A stretch of DNA of 64,000 bases from Macrostomum lignano (taxonomy: Eukaryota). The notes below the pieces were generated by a model, which was not told where the DNA came from, ran no database searches, and saw nothing but the letters and a program-made list of their open reading frames with translations. The first letter of the stretch is position 1. Every line of letters starts with the position of its first letter. The stretch spans positions 1 to 64,000 of the forward strand of contig NIVC01001121.1 in the NCBI GenBank assembly GCA_002269645.1. The letters run 5' to 3'. This document shows, piece after piece, positions 1-11,930 of this stretch. A program made the position numbers and the translations under genes.

Positions 1-3000
1 GGTGCAGTCTCAGTAGTAGCCTCGGGACCGGCTGTTGTGCTCTTCTGTGCTCGCTTCCGGTGAAGCGAGGAGCTAATAGTAGCCGACGAAGAGTCCGCAG
101 TCGACGGCTCTGTTGTCAAAGTCGACTCCTCCGACGGCGTCACTGCCTCGTCGGTGGTGCCAGTAGTACTGCTGCTCTCCGTCGGCGGGCGGTGCAGTCT
201 CAGTAGTAGCCTCGGGACCGGCTGTTGTCTCTCTTCTGTGGCTCGCTTCCGGTGAAGCCGAGGAGCTAATAGTAGCCGACGAAGAGTCCGCAGTCGACGG
301 CTCTGTTGTCAAAGTCGACTCCTCCGACGGCGTCACTGCCTCGTCGGTGGTGCCAGTAGTACTGCTGCTCTCCGTCGGCGGCGGTGCAGTCTCAGTAGTA
401 GCCTCGGGACCGGCTGTTGTCCTCTCTTCTGTGCTGGCTTCTGTGCTCGCTTCCGGTGAAGCCGAGGAGCTAATAGTAGCCGACGAAGAGTCCGCAGTCG
501 ACGGCTCTGTTGTCAAAGTCGACTCCTCCGACGGCGTCACTGCCTCGTCGGTGGTGCCAGTAGTACTGCTGCTCTCCGTCGGCGGCGGTGCAGTCTCAGT
601 AGTAGCCTCGGGACCGGCTGTTGTCCTCTCTTCTGTGCTGGCTTCTGTGCTCGCTTCCGGTGAAGCCGAGGAGCTAATAGTAGCCGACGAAGAGTCCGCA
701 GTCGACGGCTCTGTTGTCAAAGTCGACTCCTCCGACGGCGTCACTGCCTCGTCGGTGGTGCCAGTAGTACTGCTGCTCTCCGTCGGCGGCGGTGCAGTCT
801 CAGTAGTAGCCTCGGGACCGGCTGTTGTGCTCTCTTCTGTGCTCGCTTCCGGTGAAGCCGAGGAGCTAATAGTAGCCGACGAAGAGTCCGCAGTCGACGG
901 CTCTGTTGTCAAAGTCGACTCCTCCGACGGCGTCACTGCCTCGTCGGTGGTGCCAGTAGTACTGCTGCTCTCCGTCGGCGGCGGTGCAGTCTCAGTAGTA
1001 GCCTCGGGACCGGCTGTTGTCCTCTCTTCTGTGCTGGCTTCTGTGCTCGCTTCCGGTGAAGCCGAGGAGCTAATAGTAGCCGACGAAGAGTCCGCAGTCG
1101 ACGGCTCTGTTGTCAAAGTCGACTCCTCCGACGGCGTCACTGCCTCGTCGGTGGTGCCAGTAGTACTGCTGCTCTCCGTCGGCGGCGGTGCAGTCTCAGT
1201 AGTAGCCTCGGGACCGGCTGTTGTCCTCTCTTCTGTGCTGGCTTCTGTGCTCGCTTCCGGTGAAGCCGAGGAGCTAATAGTAGCCGACGAAGAGTCCGCA
1301 GTCGACGGCTCTGTTGTCAAAGTCGACTCCTCCGACGGCGTCACTGCCTCGTCGGTGGTGCCAGTAGTACTGCTGCTCTCCGTCGGCGGCGGTGCAGTCT
1401 CAGTAGTAGCCTCGGGACCGGCTGTTGTGCTCTCTTCTGTGCTCGCTTCCGGTGAAGCCGAGGAGCTAATAGTAGCCGACGAAGAGTCCGCAGTCGACGG
1501 CTCTGTTGTCAAAGTCGACTCCTCCGACGGCGTCACTGCCTCGTCGGTGGTGCCAGTAGTACTGCTGCTCTCCGTCGGCGGCGGTGCAGTCTCAGTAGTA
1601 GCCTCGGGACCGGCTGTTGTGCTCTCTTCTGTGCTCGCTTCCGGTGAAGCCGAGGAGCTAATAGTAGCCGACGAAGAGTCCGCAGTCGACGGCTCTGTTG
1701 TCAAAGTCGACTCCTCCGACGGCGTCACTGCCTCGTCGGTGGTGCCAGTAGTACTGCTGCTCTCCGTCGGCGGCGGTGCAGTCTCAGTAGTAGCCTCGGG
1801 ACCGGCTGTTGTCCTCTCTTCTGTGCTGGCTTCTGTGCTCGCTTCCGGTGAAGCCGAGGAGCTAATAGTAGCCGACGAAGAGTCCGCAGTCGACGGCTCT
1901 GTTGTCAAAGTCGACTCCTCCGACGGCGTCACTGCCTCGTCGGTGGTGCCAGTAGTACTGCTGCTCTCCGTCGGCGGCGGTGCAGTCTCAGTAGTAGCCT
2001 CGGGACCGGCTGTTGTGCTCTCTTCTGTGCTCGCTTCCGGTGAAGCCGAGGAGCTAATAGTAGCCGACGAAGAGTCCGCAGTCGACGGCTCTGTTGTCAA
2101 AGTCGACTCCTCCGACGGCGTCACTGCCTCGTCGGTGGTGCCAGTAGTACTGCTGCTCTCCGTCGGCGGCGGTGCAGTCTCAGTAGTAGCCTCGGACCGG
2201 CTGTTGTCTCTCTTCTGTGCTGGCTTCTGTGCTCGCTTCCGGTGAAGCCGAGGAGCTAATAGTAGCCGACGAAGAGTCCGCAGTCGACGGCTCTGTTGTC
2301 AAAGTCGACTCCTCCGACGGCGTCACTGCCTCGTCGGTGGTGCCAGTAGTACTGCTGCTCTCCGTCGGCGGCGGTGCAGTCTCAGTAGTAGCCTCGGGAC
2401 CGGCTGTTGTCTCTCTTCTGTGCTCGCTTCCGGTGAAGCCGAGGAGCTAATAGTAGCCGACGAAGAGTCCGCAGTCGACGGCTCTGTTGTCAAAGTCGAC
2501 TCCTCCGACGGCGTCACTGCCTCGTCGGTGGTGCCAGTAGTACTGCTGCTCTCCGTCGGCGGCGGTGCAGTCTCAGTAGTAGCCTCGGGACCGGCTGTTG
2601 TCTCTCTTCTGTGCTCGTTTCCGGTGAAGCCGAGGAGCTAATAGTAGCCGACGAAGAGTCCGCAGTCGACGGCTCTGTTGTCAAAGTCGACTCCTCGACG
2701 GCGTCACTGCCTCGTCGGTGGTGCCAGTAGTACTGCTGCTCTCCGTCGGCGGCGGTGCAGTCTCAGTAGTAGCCTCGGGACCGGCTGTTGTCCTCTCTTC
2801 TGTGCTGGCTTCTGTGCTCGCTTCCGGTGAAGCCGAGGAGCTAATAGTAGCCGACGAAGAGTCCGCAGTCGACGGCTCTGTTGTCAAAGTCGACTCCTCC
2901 GACGGCGTCACTGCCTCGTCGGTGGTGCAGTAGTACTGCTGCTCTCCGTCGGCGGCGGTGCAGTCTCAGTAGTAGCCTCGGGACCGGCTGTTGTCCTCTC

Positions 3001-6000
3001 TTCTGTGCTGGCTTCTGTGCTCGCTTCCGGTGAAGCCGAGGAGCTAATAGTAGCCGACGAAGAGTCCGCAGTCGACGGCTCTGTTGTCAAAGTCGACTCC
3101 TCCGACGGCGTCACTGCCTCGTCGGTGGTGCCAGTAGTACTGCTGCTCTCCGTCGGCGGCGGTGCAGTCTCAGTAGTAGCCTCGGGACCGGCTGTTGTCC
3201 TCTCTTCTGTGCTGGCTTCTGTGCTCGCTTCCGGTGAAGCCGAGGAGCTAATAGTAGCCGACGAAGAGTCCGCAGTCGACGGCTCTGTTGTCAAAGTCGA
3301 CTCCTCCGACGGCGTCACTGCCTCGTCGGTGGTGCCAGTAGTACTGCTGCTCTCCGTCGGCGGCGGTGCAGTCTCAGTAGTAGCCTCGGGACCGGCTGTT
3401 GTCCTCTCTTCTGTGCTGGCTTCTGTGCTCGCTTCCGGTGAAGCCGAGGAGCTAATAGTAGCCGACGAAGAGTCCGCAGTCGACGGCTCTGTTGTCAAAG
3501 TCGACTCCTCCGACGGCGTCACTGCCTCGTCGGTGGTGCCAGTAGTACTGCTGCTCTCCGTCGGCGGCGGTGCAGTCTCAGTAGTAGCCTCGGGACCGGC
3601 TGTTGTCCTCTCTTCTGTGCTGGCTTCTGTGCTCGCTTCCGGTGAAGCCGAGGAGCTAATAGTAGCCGACGAAGAGTCCGCAGTCGACGGCTCTGTTGTC
3701 AAAGTCGACTCCTCCGACGGCGTCACTGCCTCGTCGGTGGTGCCAGTAGTACTGCTGCTCTCCGTCGGCGGCGGTGCAGTCTCAGTAGTAGCCTCGGGAC
3801 CGGCTGTTGTCCTCTCTTCTGTGCTCTCTTCTGTGCTCGCTTCCGGTGAAGCCGAGGAGCTAATAGTAGCCGACGAAGAGTCCGCAGTCGACGGCTCTGT
3901 TGTCAAAGTCGACTCCTCCGATGGCGTCACTGCCTCGTCGGTGGTGTCAGTAGTACTGCTGCTCTCCGTCGGCGGCGGTGCAGTCTCAGTAGTAGCCTCG
4001 GGACCGGCTGTTGTCCTCTCTTCTGTGCTGGCTTCTGTGCTCGCTTCCGGTGAAGCCGAGGAGCTAATAGTAGCCGACGAAGAGTCCGCAGTCGACGGCT
4101 CTGTTGTCAAAGTCGACTCCTCCGACGGCGTCACTGCCTCGTCGGTGGTGCCAGTAGTACTGCTGCTCTCCGTCGGCGGCGGTGCAGTCTCAGTAGTAGC
4201 CTCGGGACCGGCTGTTGTGCTCTCTTCTGTGCTCGCTTCCGGTGAAGCCGAGGAGCTAATAGTAGCCGACGAAGAGTCCGCAGTCGACGGCTCTGTTGTC
4301 AAAGTCGACTCCTCCGATGGCGTCACTGCCTCGTCGGTGGTGCCAGTAGTACTGCTGCTCTCCGTCGGCGGCGGTGCAGTCTCAGTAGTAGCCTCGGGAC
4401 CGGCTGTTGTGCTCTCTTCTGTGCTCGCTTCCGGTGAAGCCGAGGAGCTAATAGTAGCCGACGAAGAGTCCGCAGTCGACGGCTCTGTTGTCAAAGTCGA
4501 CTCCTCCGACGGCGTCACTGCCTCGTCGGTGGTGCCAGTAGTACTGCTGCTCTCCGTCGGCGGCGGTGCAGTCTCAGTAGTAGCCTCGGGACCGGCTGTT
4601 GTGCTCTCTTCTGTGCTGGCTTCTGTGCTCGCTTCCGGTGAAGCCGAGGAGCTAATAGTAGCCGACGAAGAGTCCGCAGTCGACGGCTCTGTTGTCAAAT
4701 TCGACTCCTCCGACGGCGTCACTGCCTCGTCGGTGGTGCCAGTAGTACTGCTGCTCTCCGTCGGCGGCGGTGCAGTCTCAGTAGTAGCCTCGGGACCGGC
4801 TGTTGTGCTCTCTTCTGTGCTCGCTTCCGGTGAAGCGAGGAGCTAATAGTAGCCGACGAAGAGTCCGCAGTCGACGGCTCTGTTGTCAAAGTCGACTCCT
4901 CCGATGGCGTCACTGCCTCGTCGGTGGTGCCAGTAGTACTGCTGCTCTCCGTCGGCGGCGGTGCAGTCTCAGTAGTAGCCTCGGGACCGGCTGTTGTGCT
5001 CTCTTCTGTGCTGGCTTCTGTGCTCGCTTCCGGTGAAGCCGAGGAGCTAATAGTAGCCGACGAAGAGTCCGCAGTCGACGGCTCTGTTGTCAAAGTCGAC
5101 TCCTCCGACGGCGTCACTGCCTCGTCGGTGGTGCCAGTAGTACTGCTGCTCTCCGTCGGCGGCGGTGCAGTCTCAGTAGTAGCCTCGGGACCGGCTGTTG
5201 TGCTCTCTTCTGTGCTCGTTTCCGGTGAAGCCGAGGAGCTAATAGTAGCCGACGAAGAGTCCGCAGTCGACGGCTCTGTTGTCAAAGTCGACTCCTCCGA
5301 CGGCGTCACTGCCTCGTCGGTGGTGCCAGTAGTACTGCTGCTCTCCGTCGGCGGCGGTGCAGTCTCAGTAGTAGCCTCGGACCGGCTGTTGTCCTCTCTT
5401 CTGTGCTGGCTTCTGTGCTCGCTTCCGGTGAAGCCGAGGAGCTAATAGTAGCCGACGAAGAGTCCGCAGTCGACGGCTCTGTTGTCAAAGTCGACTCCTC
5501 CGACGGCGTCACTGCCTCGTCGGTGGTGTCAGTAGTACTGCTGCTCTCCGTCGGCGGCGGTGCAGTCTCAGTAGTAGCCTCGGGACTGGCTGTTGTCCTC
5601 TCTTCTGTGCTGGCTTCTGTGCTCGCTTCCGGTGAAGCCGAGGAGCTAATAGTAGCCGACGAAGAGTCCGCAGTCGACGGCTCTGTTGTCAAAGTCGACT
5701 CCTCCGATGGCGTCACAGCCTCGTCGGTGGTGCCAGTAGTACTGCTGCTCTCCGTCGGCGGCGGTGCAGTCTCAGTAGTAGCCTTGGGACCGGCTGTTGT
5801 CCTCTCTTCTGTGCTGGCTTCTGTGCTCGCTTCCGGTGAAGCCGAGGAGCTAATAGTAGCCGACGAAGAGTCCGCAGTCGACGGCTCTGTTGTCAAAGTC
5901 GACTCCTCCGACGGCGTCACTGCCTCGTCGGTGGTGCCAGTAGTACTGCTGCTCTCCGTCGGCGGCGGTGCAGTCTCAGTAGTAGCCTCGGGACCGGCTG

Positions 6001-6788
6001 TTGTCCTCTCTTCTGTGCTGGCTTCTGTGCTCGCTTCCGGTGAAGCCGAGGAGCTAATAGTAGCCGACGAAGAGTCCGCAGTCGACGGCTCTGTTGTCAA
6101 AGTCGACTCCTCCGACGGCGTCACTGCCTCGTCGGTGGTGCCAGTAGTACTGCTGCTCTCCGTCGGCGGCGGTGCAGTCTCAGTAGTAGCCTCGGGACCG
6201 GCTGTTGTCCTCTCTTCTGTGCTGGCTTCTGTGCTCGCTTCCGGTGAAGCCGAGGAGCTAATAGTAGCCGACGAAGAGTCCGCAGTCGACGGCTCTGTTG
6301 TCAAAGTCGACTCCTCCGACGGCGTCACTGCCTCGTCGGTGGTGCCAGTAGTACTGCTGCTCTCCGTCGGCGGCGGTGCAGTCTCAGTAGTAGCCTCGGG
6401 ACCGGCTGTTGTCCTCTCTTCTGTGCTGGCTTCTGTGCTCGCTTCCGGTGAAGCCGAGGAGCTAATAGTAGCCGACGAAGAGTCCGCAGTCGACGGCTCT
6501 GTTGTCAAAGTCGACTCCTCCGATGGCGTCACTGCCTCGTCGGTGGTGCCAGTAGTACTGCTGCTCTCCGTCGGCGGCGGTGCAGTCTCAGTAGTAGCCT
6601 CGGGACCGGCTGTTGTCCTCTCTTCTGTGCTGGCTTCTGTGCTCGCTTCCGGTGAAGCCGAGGAGCTAATAGTAGCCGACGAAGAGTCCGCAGTCGACGG
6701 CTCTGTTGTCAAAGTCGACTCCTCCGACGGCGTCACTGCCTCGTCGGTGGTGCCAGTAGTACTGCTGCTCTCCGTCGGCGGCGGTGCA
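1..6788 (-). repeat. Coding tandem array with 192-bp and 204-bp unit variants
   Basis: GACTCC landmarks at 521, 725 and 917 give periods of 204 and 192. The long unit carries an extra 12 bp (EAST). Units are nearly identical. Confidence 0.97.
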
Positions 6789-7162
6789 GAATTTTTTTCA
6801 AGCATTCGGTTTGGCACAGTTTGTGAATTTCGGTTTGGCACAGTTTGTGAATTTCGGTTTTTAATTTCGGTTTGGAGTTCTTGTTTTCTTTTATTTATTA
6901 CCTTGGTAGTGTTAGATGGTATATAGTGTTTTTTCTTTGTAGTATAAACTGTATCCTTCCGGTTTACGTTTTGGGGTGTTGCTGTAGGGTGTTGCATAAA
7001 ATTGTTTCGATCTGTGCCTTTTTTGTTGGTTGTTTGTGCCGCCTGTGCCAAGTAGTTGTTAGTTTTGTTGCTGCGTTGCTTCTGCCGGTTGTACTGCAGG
7101 AAGGCTACAGTGGCGATGAGCAGAGTTAATCCGAGGAGAACGGCGGCTGAGTACGTCTTCAT
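1..7162 (-). CDS. Giant secreted or membrane mucin-like Ser/Thr/Glu tandem-repeat protein (>2300 aa, C-terminus beyond the window)
   Basis: ATG at 7162 starts MKTYSAAVLLGLTLLIATVAFLQ (signal-peptide-like). A ~100 aa K/N/Q/T-rich spacer follows, then about 34 copies of a 64/68 aa repeat that is 50% Ser+Thr, with no Cys or aromatic residue. The ORF is broken by single-base deletions, mostly in CC/GG runs (e.g. ~5380, ~4836, ~2926, ~2695, ~2194), probably sequencing errors. Confidence 0.7.
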
Positions 7163-7732
7163 TCTCTCGGCTGTGATCTCTGCCTTTGCATTCAGGTTGC
7201 AGTGCTGTTCAGAAAGACTTTTTCAGTTCAGAATTTTAGTGCTGAGGTCCTGTTTAATTTTGGCCTGCCCATTTTGTGAATTCGTCATTAAGAAGTCGCG
7301 GCTTATCTTTCGGCGTGGCGTTGACCGGGGTATCAACTCGTGTTTTGAGTCTTTGTACCCTTCTTGCCTTTTGCTGACTGCGTAGTTTTTGTGCTAACTA
7401 AAAACTTCGTGAGTCAAGATTGGCGTTGCCGCGGGCGGTATATTTCTTTTATTGCTGCATCCTGAGCAGAATTTATCAAGTCTGCTTTTTTCACCAGCTG
7501 GTTTTTACAAAAATTTAATCGCATATGGTTGAAATCGCTTAAGTTGTTAGCTAGCGGAGTGCGTTCAAATTCTGGTAAGAATGGCGAACATACAAGAGAC
7601 GCAAAGTGAAACGACTTTCTCGCAAACAAGTTGATTATTCATCAGATTACATGTGAAAGAACGATGAGACATGCATCGGTCCTTTATTTACATAGTTTTT
7701 GCCAACTAACAAAATACGCTATCCACAAGGTC

Positions 7733-8191
7733 TTAGAGATGAGACGTTGAGTGAGTCGCAAATATGTAGGTTTTTAGCAACTGTATGACTGTAAAGATAA
7801 GCGTAAGTACTGAAAAAAACAAGCTGACACAGCTATGTACAGTACTGGCACTATCTATAGTTGGAATTAATCTTTCATTTCTTAGAAATTCTGGCGTGCA
7901 AGAGTGCCGATGCAAAACAGTCAACTGTGTATAGTTTAGATTCAGATTCAGATTCAGGTTCACCTCGTAGGCATAGCTGATCCAACCATTGCGGCACTTT
8001 CTACTTCCAACTAGCTCCGTGCTTTATTTGCCACAGAATTCTTTGAATCGGCGTAGACCTTTTTCAATTTACTCAAACAGCAAGCGGCGAAATTAGTAGC
8101 TAGATAAGAGTGACGCCTAGCTGGCATTCCTGCTGCTCTTTATTACTGAATGAGATACCGTCTCTGCCATACTTTAGTGTGTAAGACCAGT
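7733..8191 (-). other. Candidate 3' exons of a small Cys-containing protein with a hydrophobic C-terminal tail (possibly pseudogenised)
   Basis: CAG acceptor at 8192-8194 then open frame WSYTLKYGRDGISFSNKEQQECQL. Downstream frame reads LRRFKEFCGK*STELVGSRKCRNGWISYAYE, then a possible 39-nt GT-AG intron, then LTVLHRHSC...SASTVHSCVSLFFSVLTLIFTVIQLL. In-frame TAA at 8024-8026; no family recognised. Confidence 0.22.
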
Positions 8192-10316
8192 CTGCTGAGT
8201 GACAGCAAATGGTGTATAGCACAAACAATCAGTCTGCTGAGTGACCAATCAGACACATTAATTAGCACACACTGTGTCTGCTGAGTGACCAATCAGACAC
8301 ATTAATTAGCACACACTGTGTCTGCTGAGTGACCAATCAGACACATTAATTAGCACACAGTGTCTGCTGAGTGACCAATCAGACACATTAATTAGCACAC
8401 ACTGTCTGCTGAGTGACCAATCTGACACATTAATTAGCACACACTGTCTGCTGAGTGACCAATCTGACACATTAATTAGCACACACTGTCTGCTGAGTGA
8501 CCAATCTGACACATTAATTAGCACACACACAATCAGTCTGCTGAGTGACCAATCTGACACATTAATTAGCACACACTGTCTGCTGAGTGACCAATCTGAC
8601 ACATTAATTAGCACACACTGTCTGCTGAGTGACCAATCAGACACATTAATTAGCACACACTGTCTGCTGAGTGACCAATCTGACACATTAATTAGCACAC
8701 ACACAATCAGTCTGCTGAGTGACCAATCTGACACATTAATTAGCACACACTGTCTGCTGAGTGACCAATCTGACACATTAATTAGCACACAATCAGTCTG
8801 CTGAGTGACCAATCTGACACATTAATTAGCACACACTGTCTGCTGAGTGACCAATCTGACACATTAATTAGCACACACACAATCAGTCTGCTGAGTGACC
8901 AATCTGACACATTAATTAGCACACACTGTCTGCTGAGTGACCAATCTGACACATTAATTAGCACACACTGTCTGCTGAGTGACCAATCTGACACATTAAT
9001 TAGCACACACTGTCTGCTGAGTGACCAATCTGACACATTAATTAGCACACACTGTCTGCTGAGTGACCAATATGACACATTAATTAGCACACACTGTCTG
9101 CTGAGTGACCAATCTGACACATTAATTAGCACACAATCAGTCTGCTGAGTGACCAATCTGACACATTAATTAGCACACACTGTCTGCTGAGTGACCAATC
9201 TGACACATTAATTAGCACACACTGTCTGCTGAGTGACCAATCTGACACATTAATTAGCACACACTGTCTGCTGAGTGACCAATCTGACACATTAATTAGA
9301 ACACACACAATCAGTCTGCTGAGTGACCAATCTGACACATTAATTAGCACACACTGTCTACTGAGTGACCAATCTGACACATTAATTAGCACACACTGTC
9401 TGCTGAGTGACCAATCTGACACATTAATTAGCACACACTGTCTGCTGAGTGACCAATCAGACACATTAATTAGCACACACTGTCTGCTGAGTGACCAATC
9501 TGACACATTAATTAGCACACACACAATCAGTCTGCTGAGTGACAAATCTGACACATTAATTAGCACACACTGTCTGCTGAGTGACCAATCTGACACATTA
9601 ATTAGCACACACTGTCTGCTGAGTGACCAATCTGACACATTAATTAGCACACACTGTCTGCTGAGTGACCAATCTGACACATTAATTAGCACACACTGTC
9701 TGCTGAGTGACCAATCTGACACATTAATTAGCACACACTGTCTGCTGAGTGACCAATCTGACACATTAATTAGCACACACACAATCAGTCTGCTGAGTGA
9801 CCAATCTGACACATTAATTAGCACACACTCTGCTGAGTGACCAATCTGACACATTAATTAGCACACAATCAGTCTGCTGAGTGACCAATCTGACACATTA
9901 ATTAGCACACACTGTCTGCTGAGTGACCAATCTGACACATTAATTAGCACACACTGTCTGCTGAGTGACCAATCTGACACATTAATTAGCACACACTGTC
10001 TGCTGAGTGACCAATCTGACACATTAATTAGCACACACACAATCAGTCTGCTGAGTGACCAATCTGACACATTAATTAGCACACACTGTCTGCTGAGTGA
10101 CCAATCTGACACATTAATTAGCACACAATCAGTCTGCTGAGTGACCAATCTGACACATTAATTAGCACACACTGTCTGCTGAGTGACCAATCTGACACAT
10201 TAATTAGCACACACTGTCTGCTGAGTGACCAATCTGACACATTAATTAGCACACACTGTCTGCTGAGTGACCAATCTGACACATTAATTAGCACACACTG
10301 TCTGCTGAGTGACCAA
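8190..10316. repeat. 42-bp minisatellite (48-bp variant), about 50 copies
   Basis: Unit TGTCTGCTGAGTGACCAATCTGACACATTAATTAGCACACAC; no unique spacers. Confidence 0.97.
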
Positions 10317-11099
10317 AAATAAATTCCGACTGTGTTTTGAATTTCCCGATTGCAAGATAAACAAATAATAAAAGTAAAAAAACTATATTTTTTTGTTTTG
10401 TTATATTAGAAGCGTCCGTATGCAATTTAATTAATTGTAGCAAACAGTAGCATGGGCTGATAAACTATACAGACTTGTGGACAGCAAGCTCAGAGGACAA
10501 CAATTAACCTCCGTCCAGATGGAACAGATCTCCGGTTGAAGAGTTTATTTATTACAAAAAATGCCTCAAATATTAATTAACAATTATTTCTAATGATAAT
10601 ATTAGATGAAAAATAATGCAAGTCACAAGTGTACACAGGTACAAAAGTTTTGACAAGTAATACAGCAATATATTAATGCCACGGTAATGTACACATATAG
10701 TACATTTTCATTAACAACAAATATAACAAACAAGGCTGCACTAAAGTAACAAAAATTCCCTCTGACTACTTGGACAGGCAAGCAAGTAGTAGTGAACTAT
10801 AATAATACTTTCTAAAACGTATTCAACGATCTAGGAGTATTAAGCTAGCATGTCAAAGTAATTAAATAGCTATTTATTAATAATTCATATACCACTAGCA
10901 TGTTTTCGTTGAATACTACTAAAGTTAGACCTATTGAGCAGCTAGCATGGAACATGCCATTATTTTTTATTAACTAAACTGGCAAATCAGTAAGGGACAC
11001 TGGAAACAGATGTAAAAAGGGATTTTAAACTTTTAAATTATTATTAAAGGATTTTAAACTACTGAAACATGAGATTAAGAAATAGAAGCAGAAACCATA

Positions 11100-11860
11100 G
11101 GAAAAAGAAAGATAGACGGGGGAGAAATAGAATGACAGATGGGGGAGAAATAGAAAGACAGATGGGGGGAGAAAAAGGATGACAGATGGGGGAGAAATAG
11201 AATGACAGATGGGGGAGAAATAGAAAGACAGATGGGGGGAGAAATAGAAAGACAGATGGGGGGAGAAATAGAAAGACAGATGGGGGGAGAAATAGAATGA
11301 CAGATGGGGGGAGAAATAGAAAGACAGATGGGGGGAGAAATATGATGACAGATGGGGGAGAAATAGAATGACAGATGGGGAGAAATAGAAAGACAGATGG
11401 GGGAGAAATAGAAAGACAGATGGGGGGAGAAATAGAATGACAGATGGGGGAGAAATAGAAAGAAAGATTGGGGAGAAATAGAATGACATATGGGGGGGGA
11501 GAAATAGAAAGACAGATGGGGGAGAAATAGAAAGACAGATGGGGGAGAAATAGAAAGACAGATGGGGAGAGAAATATAAAAATAGATGGGGAGAGAAATA
11601 GAAAGATAGATGGGGAGAAATAGAAAAATAGGTGGGGAGAGAAATAGAAAGATAGATGGGGAAAAATAGAGTGATAGATGGAGGAGAAATAGAAAGATAG
11701 ATAGGGAGAGAAATAGAAAGATAGATGGGGAGAGAAATATAAAGATAGATGGGGAGAGAAATATAAAGATAGATGGGGAGAGAAATATAAAGATAGATGG
11801 AGAGAGAAATAGAAAGATAGATGGGGAGAAATAGAAAACAGAGCAACAAGTCTGCAAGAG
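11100..11860. repeat. Purine-rich degenerate minisatellite, about 24-25 bp unit
   Basis: GGGGGAGAAATAGAAAGACAGATG repeats. The three overlapping ORFs here are repeat artefacts. Confidence 0.93.
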
Positions 11861-11930
11861 ACAGACACAGAGATATCAAAAAAGGACAATGCAGTTAAAC
11901 AAATCATTGCAATTTTAACTCGGCCAGAAT

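Noticed and set aside
347-6926. Long plus-strand ORFs (VVPVVLLLSVGGG... repeats)
   Set aside because: They are the antisense shadow of the Ser/Thr-rich repeat, with GTG starts and no independent start context.
7160-7700. Viral or retroelement origin of the mucin-like gene
   Set aside because: No RT, integrase, capsid, LTR or TIR signature; upstream frames are short and closed.
8190-10316. CRISPR-like appearance of the 42-bp array, and likewise the 22-30 bp arrays
   Set aside because: Units are head-to-tail with no unique spacers, there are no cas genes, and the context is eukaryotic.
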